Positions 1 through 12,780 of a stretch of DNA of 64,000 bases are shown piece by piece (position 1 is the stretch's first letter; the number at the start of each line of letters is the position of its first letter). The stretch comes from Basidiobolus meristosporus CBS 931.73 (Eukaryota; Fungi; Basidiobolomycota): NCBI GenBank assembly GCA_002104905.1, contig MCFE01000443.1, positions 1 through 64,000 on the forward strand, given 5' to 3'. A program made the position numbers and the translations under genes. The notes under the pieces were generated by a model, which saw only the letters and a list, made by a program, of their open reading frames with translations, did no database searches and was not told the DNA's origin.

Positions 1-878
1 CCTTGGGGAGGACCATCTTATCGGGAGGCGGAGGTGTTTGATCTTTCGGCAATGCCCATCCCAAGGTACAATTGAACTGTTGTTGCTATGGCCACAACAC
101 TAACCATCCCTTCTATCAGTGAGAGACTCTACGAAGAATCATTACGCCTCACTCCCAACATAGTCTTCTTCTTGCCACATAATGCGAACATCAACCAATG
201 CCTGACATACCCCTCAGGTGGAAAGTTTGTAGAGGTGGAGAGAATCTACGTTGATAATGAGCTTAATGCATTGGTAGCCTATTATGGAAACCTTCCTTTT
301 GGTTCTGTTGGCAAGCTTGGAAACCCTTGAGTTGCAGGCTCTACCATTGATTTATCCATTTGGATTGTCTCTACTTATTCAATGAGGTCTTCTATTGGCA
401 AGCCCATAAATAAAATTGATTTGTCACTCATATTTGCTGAAAGCTAACCTACCATGATTGCTATCAATTGAAGGTAGTGCATCAGCAACAACTAATGACC
501 ACTATCTATAGAAGGTGGTGTATTAAACATCATCATTTTGATATGTATTTTATGCACAGTGCAGAGGTTTTTACAGCGGTGTAGGTGGTCAGGTTAATAA
601 AAAATACAGTCAATACTTGTAATATTGCTACATTGCTTGCTTTCATTTTTTGGAGTGATTACCGGAAGGATCAACTGTGGGTAAAGTTTGAACCATGTGA
701 ACACTCCCTCCAGATACGTTCATGTATTAGATTCAGCATCCTTTAACATATTCAGTGCTGCTATTATATGAGCTTTACGCTCGCTGGCCTTGCTATTCTG
801 TGATCATTGAATACATCTTATTAGGCCTATAATGTACAAAAGCATCGGAATAGGAATATACTAGAACGCTAGGCTCAG

Positions 879-917
879 CCCTAACCCTCCCCCTAACCCT
901 CCCCTAAACCGTAACCC
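879..917 (+). repeat. Degenerate telomere-like (CCCTAA/TAACCC) repeat tract
   Basis: ccctaaccctccccctaaccctcccctaaaccgtaaccc contains about 4 imperfect TAACCC units. Confidence 0.5.
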
Positions 918-1559
918 ATTACGATTGTTACCAGGTAAAATCAGGGAAACCAACAGCTTTATCCACTCATGTCAACACGGTTGGACCAATACAGCGGCTA
1001 ATTAGTTTGTTGCGAATAGTGATAGGCCTAAATCAAGATTGGTGCTACTCGAGCGATTAATTAAATATCTTTCAAAGCCTGCTTGGCCAAGTATCCCATA
1101 CCAGCGCCGGAGAAGTTCGTGTTTGTTTCTTGTCGATTTGGATGGTCATCTTGGAGTGCAGACCTGACTCTGGACACGCTGCACATTTGGTATTACCTAC
1201 TTCACTAGACTCGCAACACATTAGGTATCACCTTCTAAGGGACGCTGACTTCATATCATCAAAAGAAAATTGAAAATCTGTAAATCATTTGCATGATGTG
1301 TGTAACGTGCAACTTTTCCTGGGCCTCAGTAAGTCCATAAGCGGACTGAGGAATGTCATACCGAGCATTTTGGATGAGAAAAACACGAGGCCATCGGGGA
1401 GATTTGCTTGTACGTAGAATACGCCCTTGAACAGCCGCAATATAAAAGAGCATGCGCACGATGTCCTGTCACTATCTTCAAATATCTACTGGAATAGATT
1501 ATTCTTTGAATTTTCTAGCAGGCTAGCTGGTTACATCTCTCTCTTACTACTCCGTCATC

Positions 1560-2519
1560 ATGGTCTTCTCGAAGCTTTCTCTTCCTGTGTTTGCGCTATT
1601 GGCTCTTGTACCCTATTCCATGGGACATATGGAGATGGTTCAGCCTCCTCCTCGCCAATCGCAATACAACCCAACCTACAAGGGAACTCCTGATTATGAT
1701 ATGACATCTCCATTGGAATCAGGCCGCTGGCCATATCCTTGCCGTGGCTTTGGCAAGGGTGGAGTGGTCCAAACCATCAAAGCCGGAAGCAACCTTCCAG
1801 TGAAAATTGGAGGAGGCGCTCCCCACGATGGTGGACATTGCCAGTTTGCACTCTCCTACGATGACAAGACATTCGTTGTCCTTAAGGATGTCTTCGACAA
1901 TTGCCTGATCGCATCTCGTGACTACAGTATTACCATTCCAGCCGGAGCACCTAGTGGCAGGGCCACCTTTGCTTGGGCTTGGATCAATAAGACCGGAAAT
2001 CGCGAGTACTACATGAACTGTGCGGATATTGAAATCCAAGGAAATCCAAACGGCTCAATCACCGGACCAAAGCTCTTGGTTGCCAACCTCCCGGGGTATG
2101 TCACCATCCCCGAATTTACCCATGGCGGTTACAGCGGCAAGGATTTGTTCCCTAAAAGACCCACCGTAAAGGTTACTGGTAAGGGTAGCAGCGAAACTAC
2201 TCCCGAGCCCTCTACTCCCTCCAAGCCTACCAAACCCTCCACCACCGCCAAGCCAACTACTCCTGCCAAACCCCCCACCAAGCCTGTACCTACCGAGAAC
2301 CCAGTTAAGCCATCCAAGCCCGTACCTACTGAGAAGCCAGTCAAGCCGTCCAAGCCCGACAACAAGCCCGGTCGTTGCTCCGGCTTTGAAACCAAGTGCG
2401 TTAGCCCTGGAAAGTCCCGCGAGTTCAAGGTTTGCGCCAATGGGTATGAATACACCCAGCAATGCGCTCCTGGAACCGTGTGCCGCGGTGGTGTGAACCA
2501 AATGTATTGCGATTATTAG
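1560..2519 (+). CDS. Secreted AA11-like lytic polysaccharide monooxygenase with P/T/K linker and C-terminal Cys-rich (chitin-binding-like) module
   Basis: Intronless 319-aa ORF. The signal peptide ends at SMG, giving mature His1 (HMEM, codon 1626-1628). Second His lies in PHDGGHCQF and the axial Tyr in REYYMNCADI. KPSKPVPTE repeat linker; Cys-rich C-terminal domain. Confidence 0.85.
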   Translation: MVFSKLSLPVFALLALVPYSMGHMEMVQPPPRQSQYNPTYKGTPDYDMTSPLESGRWPYPCRGFGKGGVVQTIKAGSNLPVKIGGGAPHDGGHCQFALSYDDKTFVVLKDVFDNCLIASRDYSITIPAGAPSGRATFAWAWINKTGNREYYMNCADIEIQGNPNGSITGPKLLVANLPGYVTIPEFTHGGYSGKDLFPKRPTVKVTGKGSSETTPEPSTPSKPTKPSTTAKPTTPAKPPTKPVPTENPVKPSKPVPTEKPVKPSKPDNKPGRCSGFETKCVSPGKSREFKVCANGYEYTQQCAPGTVCRGGVNQMYCDY

Positions 2520-2792
2520 AAATGCTCCTGTAGCATTATAATCCTCATCTACATAATATAGCTATGTTGTTTGAATCCCACGTTTACTTAATGTAGCTAG
2601 GTTTTTTGAATCGAGAGTTTTTCGCCAGATCAAATTTGTTTCCAATAAACCATCATTATGTTGTTTATGAATGGGCACCAATAATCCACTTCATATGTGA
2701 TCAATCTCTGCAGCTTACAAGATTGAGGTGGTCAGCAACTGATTACCTAACCGGCGTCGATAGGGTGGTAGGGCAAATCACACTCCAAGGAA

Positions 2793-4532
2793 GTGAAGGA
2801 GTTCCTCCTTTTTTGCATGAAAAAACGACCTCTGAACCGTAAGACCACCCACGTTCCTGGCGACGGTGAATTGGGCCGAAGCTGGGGCTATGTACAGGTT
2901 ACTCCTCAAAGGCACAACGAGAACACCCCCGCTTCAAATGTCGTTATCCGGCCGACTAGGAGGGAATCCAGTAAAGTCAACGAGCCTGATACCCCGAAGG
3001 TTTTTCGTAATGTAGGACCCATCTCAACAAATAGAACACCTTTTGTGAACGAAAGAGTGGTAGCAGTGTCGAGTAGCAAGAGGTCAGCAGGGTTACCAAA
3101 CGTCTTGGGCACTCCTTCCATTTCAGAAGGTATTGTACGCTACTCTGGAGCTTATTCAATAACTCTACTAATCTCACTATCCTAGTTAGGGTCGGCTCGA
3201 GAGAAAGCAGTACAATAGATCTCGAACTCAAGAAGAGGCCAGCTTCTCAGAAGACAACCCTTTACACTCCCATATCTGTAGCATCTAGGTCAACAAGTAC
3301 AGAAACTGGTGAGTTATGATGTAGGCCAATCGTCGTATCGCAGCTCTTGCTTAATTATCTACAGAATTCTCGAGGCTTCCTCTTCGTTTAAAAAAGACAC
3401 TTGCGCCCAGAGTTGCTGGTGATAGGAATGAAATTAGGTGAGCATATTGACCAAAACTATCCTGATGTACCAATCACTGGATTGGACTAACGAGTCGATA
3501 TTTACGAAAAGAACAAGAGAAGAGGAGGTGCAGACTGAAGCAGCGTTTGACAGCATGTTTCCCATGCCGAAGGGAGACAGGTACAGTATGGTCAACGTGA
3601 TTCTAAGAAAACTCCGTCCACCAGCATCGGCAGACTCCTACAGCACAGCGGCGCCTCTGGATACATCGGAATTTCCAGTATTAAATTCACCAGACACCCC
3701 AGAAAGGGAAGAAGAAAGCCTAGATAATGTCAGGTCACCCGATCTCCATGGGTTGGGAAATTCACATGAAGCGATCCCGAAAGTGGCAATCAATCAGCAG
3801 ACGCTTTCTCGTATCGATAGAGACATTCAAACCAACGAAGTAAAGTTACACAATCAAACCACACAAACCGATACACCATCCAGGGAGCATCCTGTGAGTA
3901 ACTCACCATCAGTCATCGCCTATCAAACCGGTGATCACGACAGGTCTAGCCAGCAGCAACTATCCGAGGCAAATGATCAAGCTTCGGTAAGAAGCACTCT
4001 CTCCGGATCTGATTCTCTTGAATACTACGCCGCCTCACTCATCTCGGATTCCCAGGATACAGGCACACAGGCGCTAACCGAGCGACAGACGACATCACCC
4101 CGAACGGAAATCGTGCTTGATGACACTTTGCCGATGGCAATACTACAGAGAAACGCCACTCGACATTCCAAACCCAAAAAGCCCTTCGACGAGGCGTTAG
4201 AGCGATTTCTCAACGAGAACTTCGTTCGGAACCCTGGCCCACCCTCGCCCTCACTATCACCCTCACCACCAACATCAGAATATGATCACCATCCCGCAAT
4301 AGACTACTCTTCCCTCTCTGAACATGAAGTGATCCAACAGCTAAGCGCCATCAAAATCTCATGGGAATCCAAGAATCCACTGCTTCGTAGACAGGCGATC
4401 AAGGATCTTCGAAGCCTATCAATGATCTTGGTAGGCGGACAATACGAGTCTCTGTTGTTAAATGAATTCAACTCGGCAGATGATGAGATTCGCCACGTTA
4501 TTGAGGATGTGTTGCAGATATTTGAAAGATAG
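2793..4532 (+). CDS. Hypothetical multi-exon protein, S/T/P-rich with a helical C-terminal domain; 5' end uncertain
   Basis: Long ORFs 2793-3185 and 3438-4532 with GT..AG gaps. Low-complexity middle and a HEAT-like C-terminus (NPLLRRQAIKDLRSL). No family recognised. Confidence 0.45.
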
Positions 4533-4913
4533 GTTTTACTGTGCAAGTTTTTGTTTGTGCAGAGCAATAAAATCCACGGTTTGAAAATTTTATTATGCAC
4601 TTCGATCGTGAAGTACACAATGGAATTGAGCATAAGAATAATACAAGGAATTAAGATATATCGGTGGTGGTTCGGAAGCGAACTAGGTGATACAGACGGC
4701 GGTGAATGAAAGCATATCAGAATTAAGCAAGGCTAATAGAATGACTGATTCTCGAAATCTAACGAAAATAAGAATATGGAAGGTTGCTTGATGATCGAAG
4801 AATAAAAGTGCGGATTGGAGAGAGTATTAACAGTCTATGTGTGATAATCAGGTCGAGGTAATGCAAATAGGTGGAAACGGTGTTCAAGGAAATATTGATA
4901 TATATATAGATGC

Positions 4914-6164
4914 TCAGGACATGGCTGAGGTTGCTAGCACGCCATTGTTTTGTGGTACCGGGATAGTCTCGAGCTGAGCCGTTGAGTTGCCACTAGATTC
5001 AGGTACTTGCCGTTCAACACACCAGTGTCTATGGCCATCGGCCCAGGCTTTGGATTGACAAATCTTAGAGCAATATTTGGCTTTGCGACACCTACGGCAC
5101 TTGGAAAACTCTCTGGGGTATCTTTCCCATTTGCCACAAGACATGTTACCACATTGTCTAATACCGCCACGAGCCTCATCCTTGCGACAAGCATTGCGCA
5201 TGATGATGGATGCCCAGCACTGTATTTCAGAACTGTGACCGCGGCTAGTAAACTTCTCAACGAGACTGAATACGTTACATTCGAATTCACTGTGAAGACG
5301 CTGGCGAAGATGTGGGTATTTGGAGACGTATGCAAGAAGTTGTAAAGATAGAAGGATATCTTCTTCACGATATAGAACTTCTTCAGCAGCTGTGTGGTTT
5401 CTGAATTCGTTCGGTGGGTTGGCGTGCTCCACTGACTCGTTTCGGTTTAAGGCACCCATTTGAAATAGATGTGTAGTAGGTGAGGAAGGTTGAGAATCTT
5501 CCGAGAGAGTTTCAAAGTCCATGGCAACACCGGCGTTGCTTCCGAATAAAGGTTGCAGCTGGGTGGATGAACTACTGTTGATGGAATTCTGCAACTGCTG
5601 GGCGGCAAGGGTGCGACGGAGTGAAGGAAGATTTCTTTGGAATAGAGACGCCGACGAAATTGGTTCGTTTGTGTCTTCAACTAGTGCACTTGACATGGAA
5701 TTAGGGCTGGCGAAAAGGTTCTCACTCAACTCTTCACCAGATGCTAAGTTGAGGGTTTCCTTCTCTTTATCCATCTTGACTTGATTCACGGCTCTTTGAA
5801 AGCTTTTCAAAATCTGGATGACGATGTCGACCATGCCGGCATCCACGACTCTTGTACGGATTGTCTCAGTACCGCGGACGCCGACGTTTACAACGCATTG
5901 AAAAGCCATGGACCATTTCCAGGCTTGACGTTTGTCATCGAGCTTGGTGGTTTTCAGGATGCGAACTAACCGTTCAAGTCCACCGTCTTTGGTGATAATT
6001 TCTCTGATGCGGGGAGATGTGCTCGTCAAGTAAATCAGGTGAGAAAGAGAGTTGATTAAGGGCAAGATAGCAGTGCAATCAAGTGCCCTACGGTCATAAA
6101 GGGCAGAAGTGATGGTAACGCAGGCACGGTTCTGAGCGGGGAAAGAAAAGTTGGATTCTCTCAT
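4914..6164 (-). CDS. MUB1: MYND-type zinc-finger protein Mub1/SamB
   Basis: N-terminal MRESNFSFPAQNRACVTITSALYDRRALDC and WKWSMAFQCVVNVGVRG. C-terminal MYND finger CGNMSC..CRRCRKAKYCSKICQSKAWADGHRHWC. ATG at 6164. Confidence 0.92.
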   Translation of the reverse strand: MRESNFSFPAQNRACVTITSALYDRRALDCTAILPLINSLSHLIYLTSTSPRIREIITKDGGLERLVRILKTTKLDDKRQAWKWSMAFQCVVNVGVRGTETIRTRVVDAGMVDIVIQILKSFQRAVNQVKMDKEKETLNLASGEELSENLFASPNSMSSALVEDTNEPISSASLFQRNLPSLRRTLAAQQLQNSINSSSSTQLQPLFGSNAGVAMDFETLSEDSQPSSPTTHLFQMGALNRNESVEHANPPNEFRNHTAAEEVLYREEDILLSLQLLAYVSKYPHLRQRLHSEFECNVFSLVEKFTSRGHSSEIQCWASIIMRNACRKDEARGGIRQCGNMSCGKWERYPREFSKCRRCRKAKYCSKICQSKAWADGHRHWCVERQVPESSGNSTAQLETIPVPQNNGVLATSAMS

Positions 6165-6733
6165 GATGATTAAGGAGTGAGCAGGAAGAGGAAAATATCG
6201 ACAGAGAAGGGGAGGGAACAGAGGGGATAGAAATTGAGGAATATGGGAGAAGGATAAGTAGCTACGCAAATTGTGATACGGCTTCCCCTATATATAAAGT
6301 AATCCGCAGTCGCACCATCTCAACCTTGGAAGTTGAAAATCAGCGAATAGCTGTAGTTCATACAATACAATTATTAGGGACTGACAAGCAAATTATATCA
6401 AGGTACATTACGATTGAACTTGAGGGTGTATATATGGTGTATACATGGTGTATATATAATATAATTGCCAGTGGCACCAATCATTGTCTCAGGCAATATC
6501 TTGCATTTCAGTAGATTGGGGCTCTGTTCTCAATCGAAAGCTACGTTTCTCATTAGTCGTTCGATATCCCCATTAACCCATTAACAATTAAGGTCGCAGG
6601 ACACTTGACCTATACCCTGATTCGTCAAGATTTACTATGATTCTACTGCTATGGGCTACATGTGTGGTTCTCGATCTTCTCAAAATGGCAAGATCTTCCT
6701 TAAACGGGGAATCCCAGATATGGATGGCTGCGC

Positions 6734-6789
6734 AATCGTTCATCAAGCGAGGCAATAAGAGAATCGTTCACCAAGCGAGGCAATAAAAG
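6734..6789. repeat. 28-bp tandem direct repeat (2 copies)
   Basis: aatcgttcatcaagcgaggcaataagag / aatcgttcaccaagcgaggcaataaaag, 2 mismatches. Confidence 0.8.
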
Positions 6790-7720
6790 GAAGGTGATCA
6801 ATAATTTTGGACTTTTCGGTTTTCTTGTTCGGAGAAAACCAATGCATCACTTGATTCGGTTGGGATGACGTTTTGGCTTCCATGATGTTAATGCATCTGT
6901 CGCCAGAAGAGTGAGTCTGTTAATTCATTCCATCCAGCGATTACAAATAGTCGGTGGATTCTGAAGCTGGGTGCATGTGATAAGGGTGATTAGTGTCCCA
7001 TGAGAATCGATGTGTTTAATTAAAACCACCCCGTGATACAGCGCCTCAACTTTAACTGTCGAATTGTTGGTTAACAAAGTTTATTTAAAGGTTGGACAGA
7101 TACCCTATTGTGAAGCATTGGTTAAAATTAGTTGAAATAAATAATCTGTGGAGCTCAGTACAACATTTCCTCAGAATCTTCGCTCAACGGCGAAGGTCGG
7201 ACAATGGATCTTTAATGGTTGTTCCTCATTGCTCCACCTCCCGAAATCTAACTGTCAACTTACCATCTAAGACAAGAAAGTGGTTAGCAAGTGCGTATGA
7301 GTGTATGTGTGAGGAATAGAATAGCTCAGAATAAAATCTCTGCATATTTGCCGTACAACGACGGACAGTCAGACAATGGATCTAATGGAAATTGGCTCAT
7401 CACAGCTATTCGTTGTATATGTACGAAACTATAATTACCTTTCAGCAATGTCCTCCCGAGCGGTCAATGGATGTCTTGCCAATCCATGAATGATCCAGAG
7501 ACAAGCGAAGATTCAAAGAGCGCATCTATTTTATATGTGAAAAAAAAAACTGAACCAATGCAGAAATTGAGATCACCGGAGATGCTGATCCAACACTATG
7601 TGCATGTTTCGTCCATCCATGATATGTTTTAAGGTGAGTGAGATTCAAGTTTTGTACCAGGTCCTCGTCTGAAACGACCTATTTGATGTGTAGCATCTAC
7701 GAAGCAAAAATTCGTCGCCT

Positions 7721-8203
7721 ATGGTGAATAAAGGAAAGAACAAAAATACACTCGGTTCCAAAGACGTTCCCAAGCCGCGAGGACCTGTATACCTTCACAA
7801 AGATGGAGACACCAGACTCGAGTTGCACGTAAAGCCAGGTGCTAAACAGAATCAAATAACTGATATAGGGGATCGTGTTGGGGTTCAGGTAATGGTCCCA
7901 CATCTCTTCAGCAATGGGTGGGTCGCTTACATACAGCATATCTTCACATACAGATATCAGCCCCTCCGAGAGAAGGCGAAGCAAATAGGGGGGTGGTGGA
8001 ATTTGTTGCTGAGGTAGGAAATCAGCCGCACGGTGGTTCTAATAGAAGCTTTGTTTATTTGTATTCTCTGAAAGGTTTTGAAGGTGCGCAAATCCAATAT
8101 AACAATAGTGTCCGGCTTAAAATCTCGCGAGAAAGTGGTTAGTATTGAAGGAGTCACGGCCGATGAAGTCATAGAACGCATTCAGGCATCGACCGTCTTT
8201 TGA
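7721..8203 (+). CDS. DUF167/UPF0235 (YggU-like) protein
   Basis: Three exons (introns 7889-7953, 8014-8074) splice to [58 protein letters not shown]. Confidence 0.9.
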
Positions 8204-8612
8204 GTGCCAAGATTGTGCCCGTGGCCCATGGTCCATAACACATTCATAGCCCACATTACATAATGATATTGTGCCAAGATGTGTCATAATGGAATCTCGG
8301 ATCTATTTTTAGCAAAAACCTGACATCTATTGTTTTCGAGGACTTGGGTGTTATAGACTTGGCAATGGTAATAATAAATAGCTTTGAATAGCAACCGAAT
8401 TGATTGAAATTACCCATAAGACTGCCAAACGCGATTCTGATTGTTCAAACGCGCCTAGTAAGTAAATTATAGGAGATAATATCTTTTCCATAATCATTAA
8501 TTTGATCCTCGTTTCATATCTCATACTCTGCTATTTCTAGGCATCACTTGGCACAAATTTTCAAAATTTATCAACTACCACTTCTTCACACTTAGCTTTT
8601 CGTTTTATTATT

Positions 8613-10043
8613 ATGAGTAGAGATCGTTTGGGACAACAACGGGTAGCTATTTATCCCCCTAGCAAGCCTTCATCGTGCGTACTAATCGCTTGTTTCGGTT
8701 TAGGGTGGCCGAGGCTATCAACACCAAGATCTAGGTGAAATGGAGATGGGCAATATGCAACCATCAAACCAAATTATACCATTGAATGCGTACTACGATC
8801 AGGTTAGTCAAGGAAAAGCCTCCCAATACATCGTACCGTCAACTAAAACATGCGTTTGTCAGATTGAAAGCATCGATAAAGAAATTCGCTTGGCCAACGA
8901 AAATATCTATGGTATTGAGACACTCCATTCAAGAGCGTTGGATGCCACCACTGCTGAAGAGTCTGAGAGTAAGTTAGAAGCCTCCTTCAATGTTTACTGT
9001 CCATTGCAACTAACTTGTCTGAAGTGAACTCCAAACAGCTGGAAGCCGCTGTCAACGACACTAGACGGTTGCTCATTGAAACCAAAGAAAAGATCAAAGG
9101 TATTTTACATGTTTGAAGCCTCTTTTAACTTTAATATTCACCTATCTACCTTATTGAATATAGCTTTAGAAAGAAACAACCTGAAGCTGGGACCCACCTC
9201 CGACGCACAGATCCGCAAGAATAGAGTAAGCGAAATACCTCGATCTCACCCATCAATAGTTGATCCCTGACCGAGAATTGTAGCATGCAGCCATCAAAAC
9301 CAAATTTATGGAGACTTTAAAAAAATACCAGAAAGTAGAGCTGGAATACAAGGAGCGCTACAAGCAGATGCTTGAGCGTCAATATAGAATTGGTAACACA
9401 CATTTCCGTAGATGTTGATTTGTTTTCAATATTAATTCCATACTCGACTGCAGTCAATCCTTACGCTACTGAGGAGGAGATCCAGCAAATCCTAGACGAG
9501 GACCAAGGTGGCCAGATTTTTGCACAAGGAGTAAGGATCCGTTTTTGTTGATACGATATGGATTTCCCCGACTGACGACTGGGTTACTAGGTGTTGAATT
9601 CGTCCCGAGGCGAAGCTAGACGAGTCATGAAAAACGTGCAAGACCGTCACGAAGACATCGTGAAGATCGAGAAGAACATCATAGTAAGTCCCATGATCCA
9701 TTCCCTACTCTTCAAATGTACATCGCTAACGCTTGGTGACTAGGAACTTGCCAACTTGTTCCAAGAGATGCAGCTCCTAGTCGAGGAGCAAGAGGAGCAG
9801 CTTCAGTCGATTGAACACCAAATGAACAGCGCAGTGGACCATACAACCAATGCCAATACTCAGGTGGATACTGCCATTGGCCACGCCAGGAGTGCAAGAA
9901 AGGTTGGTTGCTTCCTGATCATTGTAAAGCTAACCGTAACTAACTGTAGGAACTGTTTATAGAAAAGATGGTGTTTACTCATCCTCGCCATCATATTGAT
10001 TGTGGCGATTATTTTGATTGTCTACTTTACTGTTAAGAAATAA
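8613..10043 (+). CDS. SSO1: Plasma-membrane syntaxin (Sso1/Sso2-like t-SNARE)
   Basis: Multi-exon. SNARE motif RHEDIVKIEKNII/ELANLFQEMQLLVEEQEEQLQSIE and C-terminal TM segment WCLLILAIILIVAIILIVYF. Confidence 0.88.
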
Positions 10044-10402
10044 TTGAGCTTCACAATTCCCCGTTTCTTTTAATTTTTTAGTACTATTCTTAATTCATGG
10101 TCCATTCATTTGATCAAGTTTTGTTTGTTATGTTCAATCCCAGCCACCAACCCCCAACCCAACCTAACATGCCGCGCCCATATAAACTCATCATCTACAA
10201 TAAATCCCAGATGCAAGCCCACCTAATGCGCCAAATGCAAACAACCCACAATCGACGTAGATGTGTGATCATTGGTGAAATCAAAATTGAAAAAAGATTT
10301 GATGATCGGGTAATTCTCATAAGGCTGAATATTCCAATGGGTCCAATCCTTCTCTTCTACTTTTTCGGGCAACTCATCCCTTTGCTTTAACCGTTAGTCA
10401 AC

Positions 10403-11010
10403 ATGGTATGTTCTTTACAATACTTCTACGCACCACTGAAGCGCAGCATACGGTGTTGGGAAAGCGCTCTTTCCACGCCTCTATCACACTCAAGAAGATT
10501 GCTCCCTTCACACTGATCTACATCCTTCCTCATCGGCATCCATCCATCCTACATCGATATCTAACCATCATGCATTCATAGGGTCGCGTTCGTACCAAGA
10601 CCGTTAAAAAGGCTTCCAGAGTCATCATCGAGAAATACTATCCTCGTCTTACTTTGGATTTCCAAACCAACAAGAAGATCTGTGATGAGGTCGCCATCAT
10701 TGCTTCCAAGCGTCTTCGCAACAAGATCGCTGGTTTCACTACCCATTTGATGAAGCGTATTCAACGTGGTCCCGTTCGCGGTATCTCCTTCAAGCTCCAA
10801 GAGGAGGAGCGTGAGCGTAAGGATAACTACGTTCCCGAATTCTCTGCTTTGGATACCTCCAACATCGAGGTTGATCCCGAAACTAAAGAGCTCCTCAAGG
10901 CTCTTAACATGGAAAACCTTCCAGGTGTTACTGTTGCCGCTCCCGCACAAGCCTTCGTTCCTGGTGCTAACCGTGGTCGTCGTGCCCCTAGAAGAAAGGC
11001 TGACCAATAA
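10403..11010 (+). CDS. RPS17: 40S ribosomal protein eS17
   Basis: ATG-only exon 1, intron 10406-10581, then [40 protein letters not shown]...[20 protein letters not shown]. Confidence 0.98.
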
Positions 11011-11364
11011 ACTGTTATTTAGTTATTTTAGGTGATTTCTTTAATCTCAATAAAAACGAAACCTAGAAACACTAAGCTTTTGGGAATACATGTTGATTTG
11101 TATGTGTGAAGTCTGGAGCACCGGTCGGTTGTGTAGAGGGTCTACTGGCTGTGTATGCGTTGGATGGCGTGCTGATCATTTGTATGGCGGTTGCACAGTG
11201 GTAATATCATGGCGAAATCTAGCGACTGGTAGGCCAATCTTTTCAATCGATCGTTGCATTTGGAAAAATTCGTATTGAAACATTAAATAATAACAATGAT
11301 CTAAACCAGTTCATTGAGAGTGCCTTTACTTCATTGAACATACCTTATTTTTTCATAGAGAAAT

Positions 11365-12780
11365 ATGAATCAGATAGCCAAGTTCGACGCTAATCACGAG
11401 GATCTCATACACGACATCGCTTATGACTACTACGGGAAGAGACTTACTACTTGCTCCTCAGATCAAAAGCTAAAGGTTTGGGATTATGACGATGAGACCG
11501 GTCAATGGGAATTGAATGAAGTTTGGAAGGTTAGATTGACTCGATTCTCGTTACCTTTGACCTGTATTGAGCGTGAAGTTGCTAGGCTCACGACTGCTCC
11601 ATTCTGAAAGTGGCCTGGGCTCACCCGGAGTTCGGTCAAGTTATTGCCTCTTGCTCGTTTGACCGTTCAGTTAGAATCTGGGAGGAGCAAGAGCATGGTA
11701 AGCCCTGTCTTTGGTGTTTGATTTTCGTCGTCTTCTAAAGCGCCGCGTTGGTTGGATCGATAGAAGCGAAGAATAGTGGTAGACGCTGGGTAGAGAAAGC
11801 TAGGCTGGTAGACAGCCGTGGCTCTGTACAAGATATTGAATTTGCACCTAGTCACCTCGGCCTTAAACTGGTATTTCTATTGTGAAAACTTTTCAGCTGT
11901 ACGTACGCGATAGTATTTAACTGGAATTGCTAGGCCACTTGTGCTGCTGATGGAATGGTCCGAATCTATGAAGCCATGGAGGTGGTGAATCTTGCACACT
12001 GGACTTTGATGGAAGAGTTTGAAGTATGCTCAGGGGGCAGCAAAGAGGCTGATGGAAATTATTGCCTCTCTTGGTGTCCGTCCAGATTCCAGCCTCAAAC
12101 AATGGTGGTTGGCTGCGCCAAAGAGAACACAGCAAAGGTACAGTCTGAGAGGAAATTTATGCAATCACTGTTTCTCTAACGACCAGCCTTGTGATTTAGA
12201 TTTTCCGCATGGATCAGAATAATAGATGGCAGGCATTTGAGACCCTTACAGGACACGAAGGGGTTGTTCATGATGTCAGTTGGGCACCCAACCTGGGAAG
12301 GTAAAGGTTGCACTCTCAAGGGAGGAAAACGAATCCACACTAATTCAAGGGCCAAATTTCCAGAAGCTATCAACTAATCGCCACCGCCTCCAAGGATCAA
12401 AATGTACGAATCTTCAAGCTGACAGACGAAGGAGGACCCGGTGCCATGAACAAGCGTTGGAGGGTTGAGTTGGTGGCAGTGTTCCCTGACCACAAAGCCG
12501 AGGTGCTTTCAATTCGTATGAACTATCATTGGGTTTACATCACTAATATTGATATCAGGTATGGAAGGTTGAGTGGAATGTCACTGGCACTATTTTGTCA
12601 TCCTCTGGTGATGACGGTAAAGTTAGACTATGGAAAGGTAAGGTCTTCTCATTCGCATGGTCCCAGGGTGAGCGGTAATTTGACCCGCGGTTTTTCTTTT
12701 CCTTAGCCACCTTCGGAGATGAATGGAAATGCATGAGTGTTATCTCGGCTGAACAAGACAATGAGTATATGGAGCGTTAG
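11365..12780 (+). CDS. SEH1: WD40 nucleoporin / SEA (GATOR2) subunit Seh1
   Basis: [78 protein letters not shown]; multiple short introns. Confidence 0.92.

Noticed and set aside
1-870. Possible Helitron or other transposon end (CTAG near 861-872; 80-aa ORF at 88-330)
   Set aside because: No convincing hairpin or transposase motif, so no family can be supported.
2775-2860. SKEVKEFLLFCMKKRPLNRKT resembles the end of a protein kinase domain
   Set aside because: No upstream kinase motifs (HRD, DFG, APE) fit before the LPMO gene; the similarity is too short to call.
10406-10581. 176-nt RPS17 intron as a snoRNA host
   Set aside because: A weak hairpin and CTGA motifs exist, but there is no C box and no two-hairpin H/ACA layout. 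Longer introns are common in ribosomal protein genes.
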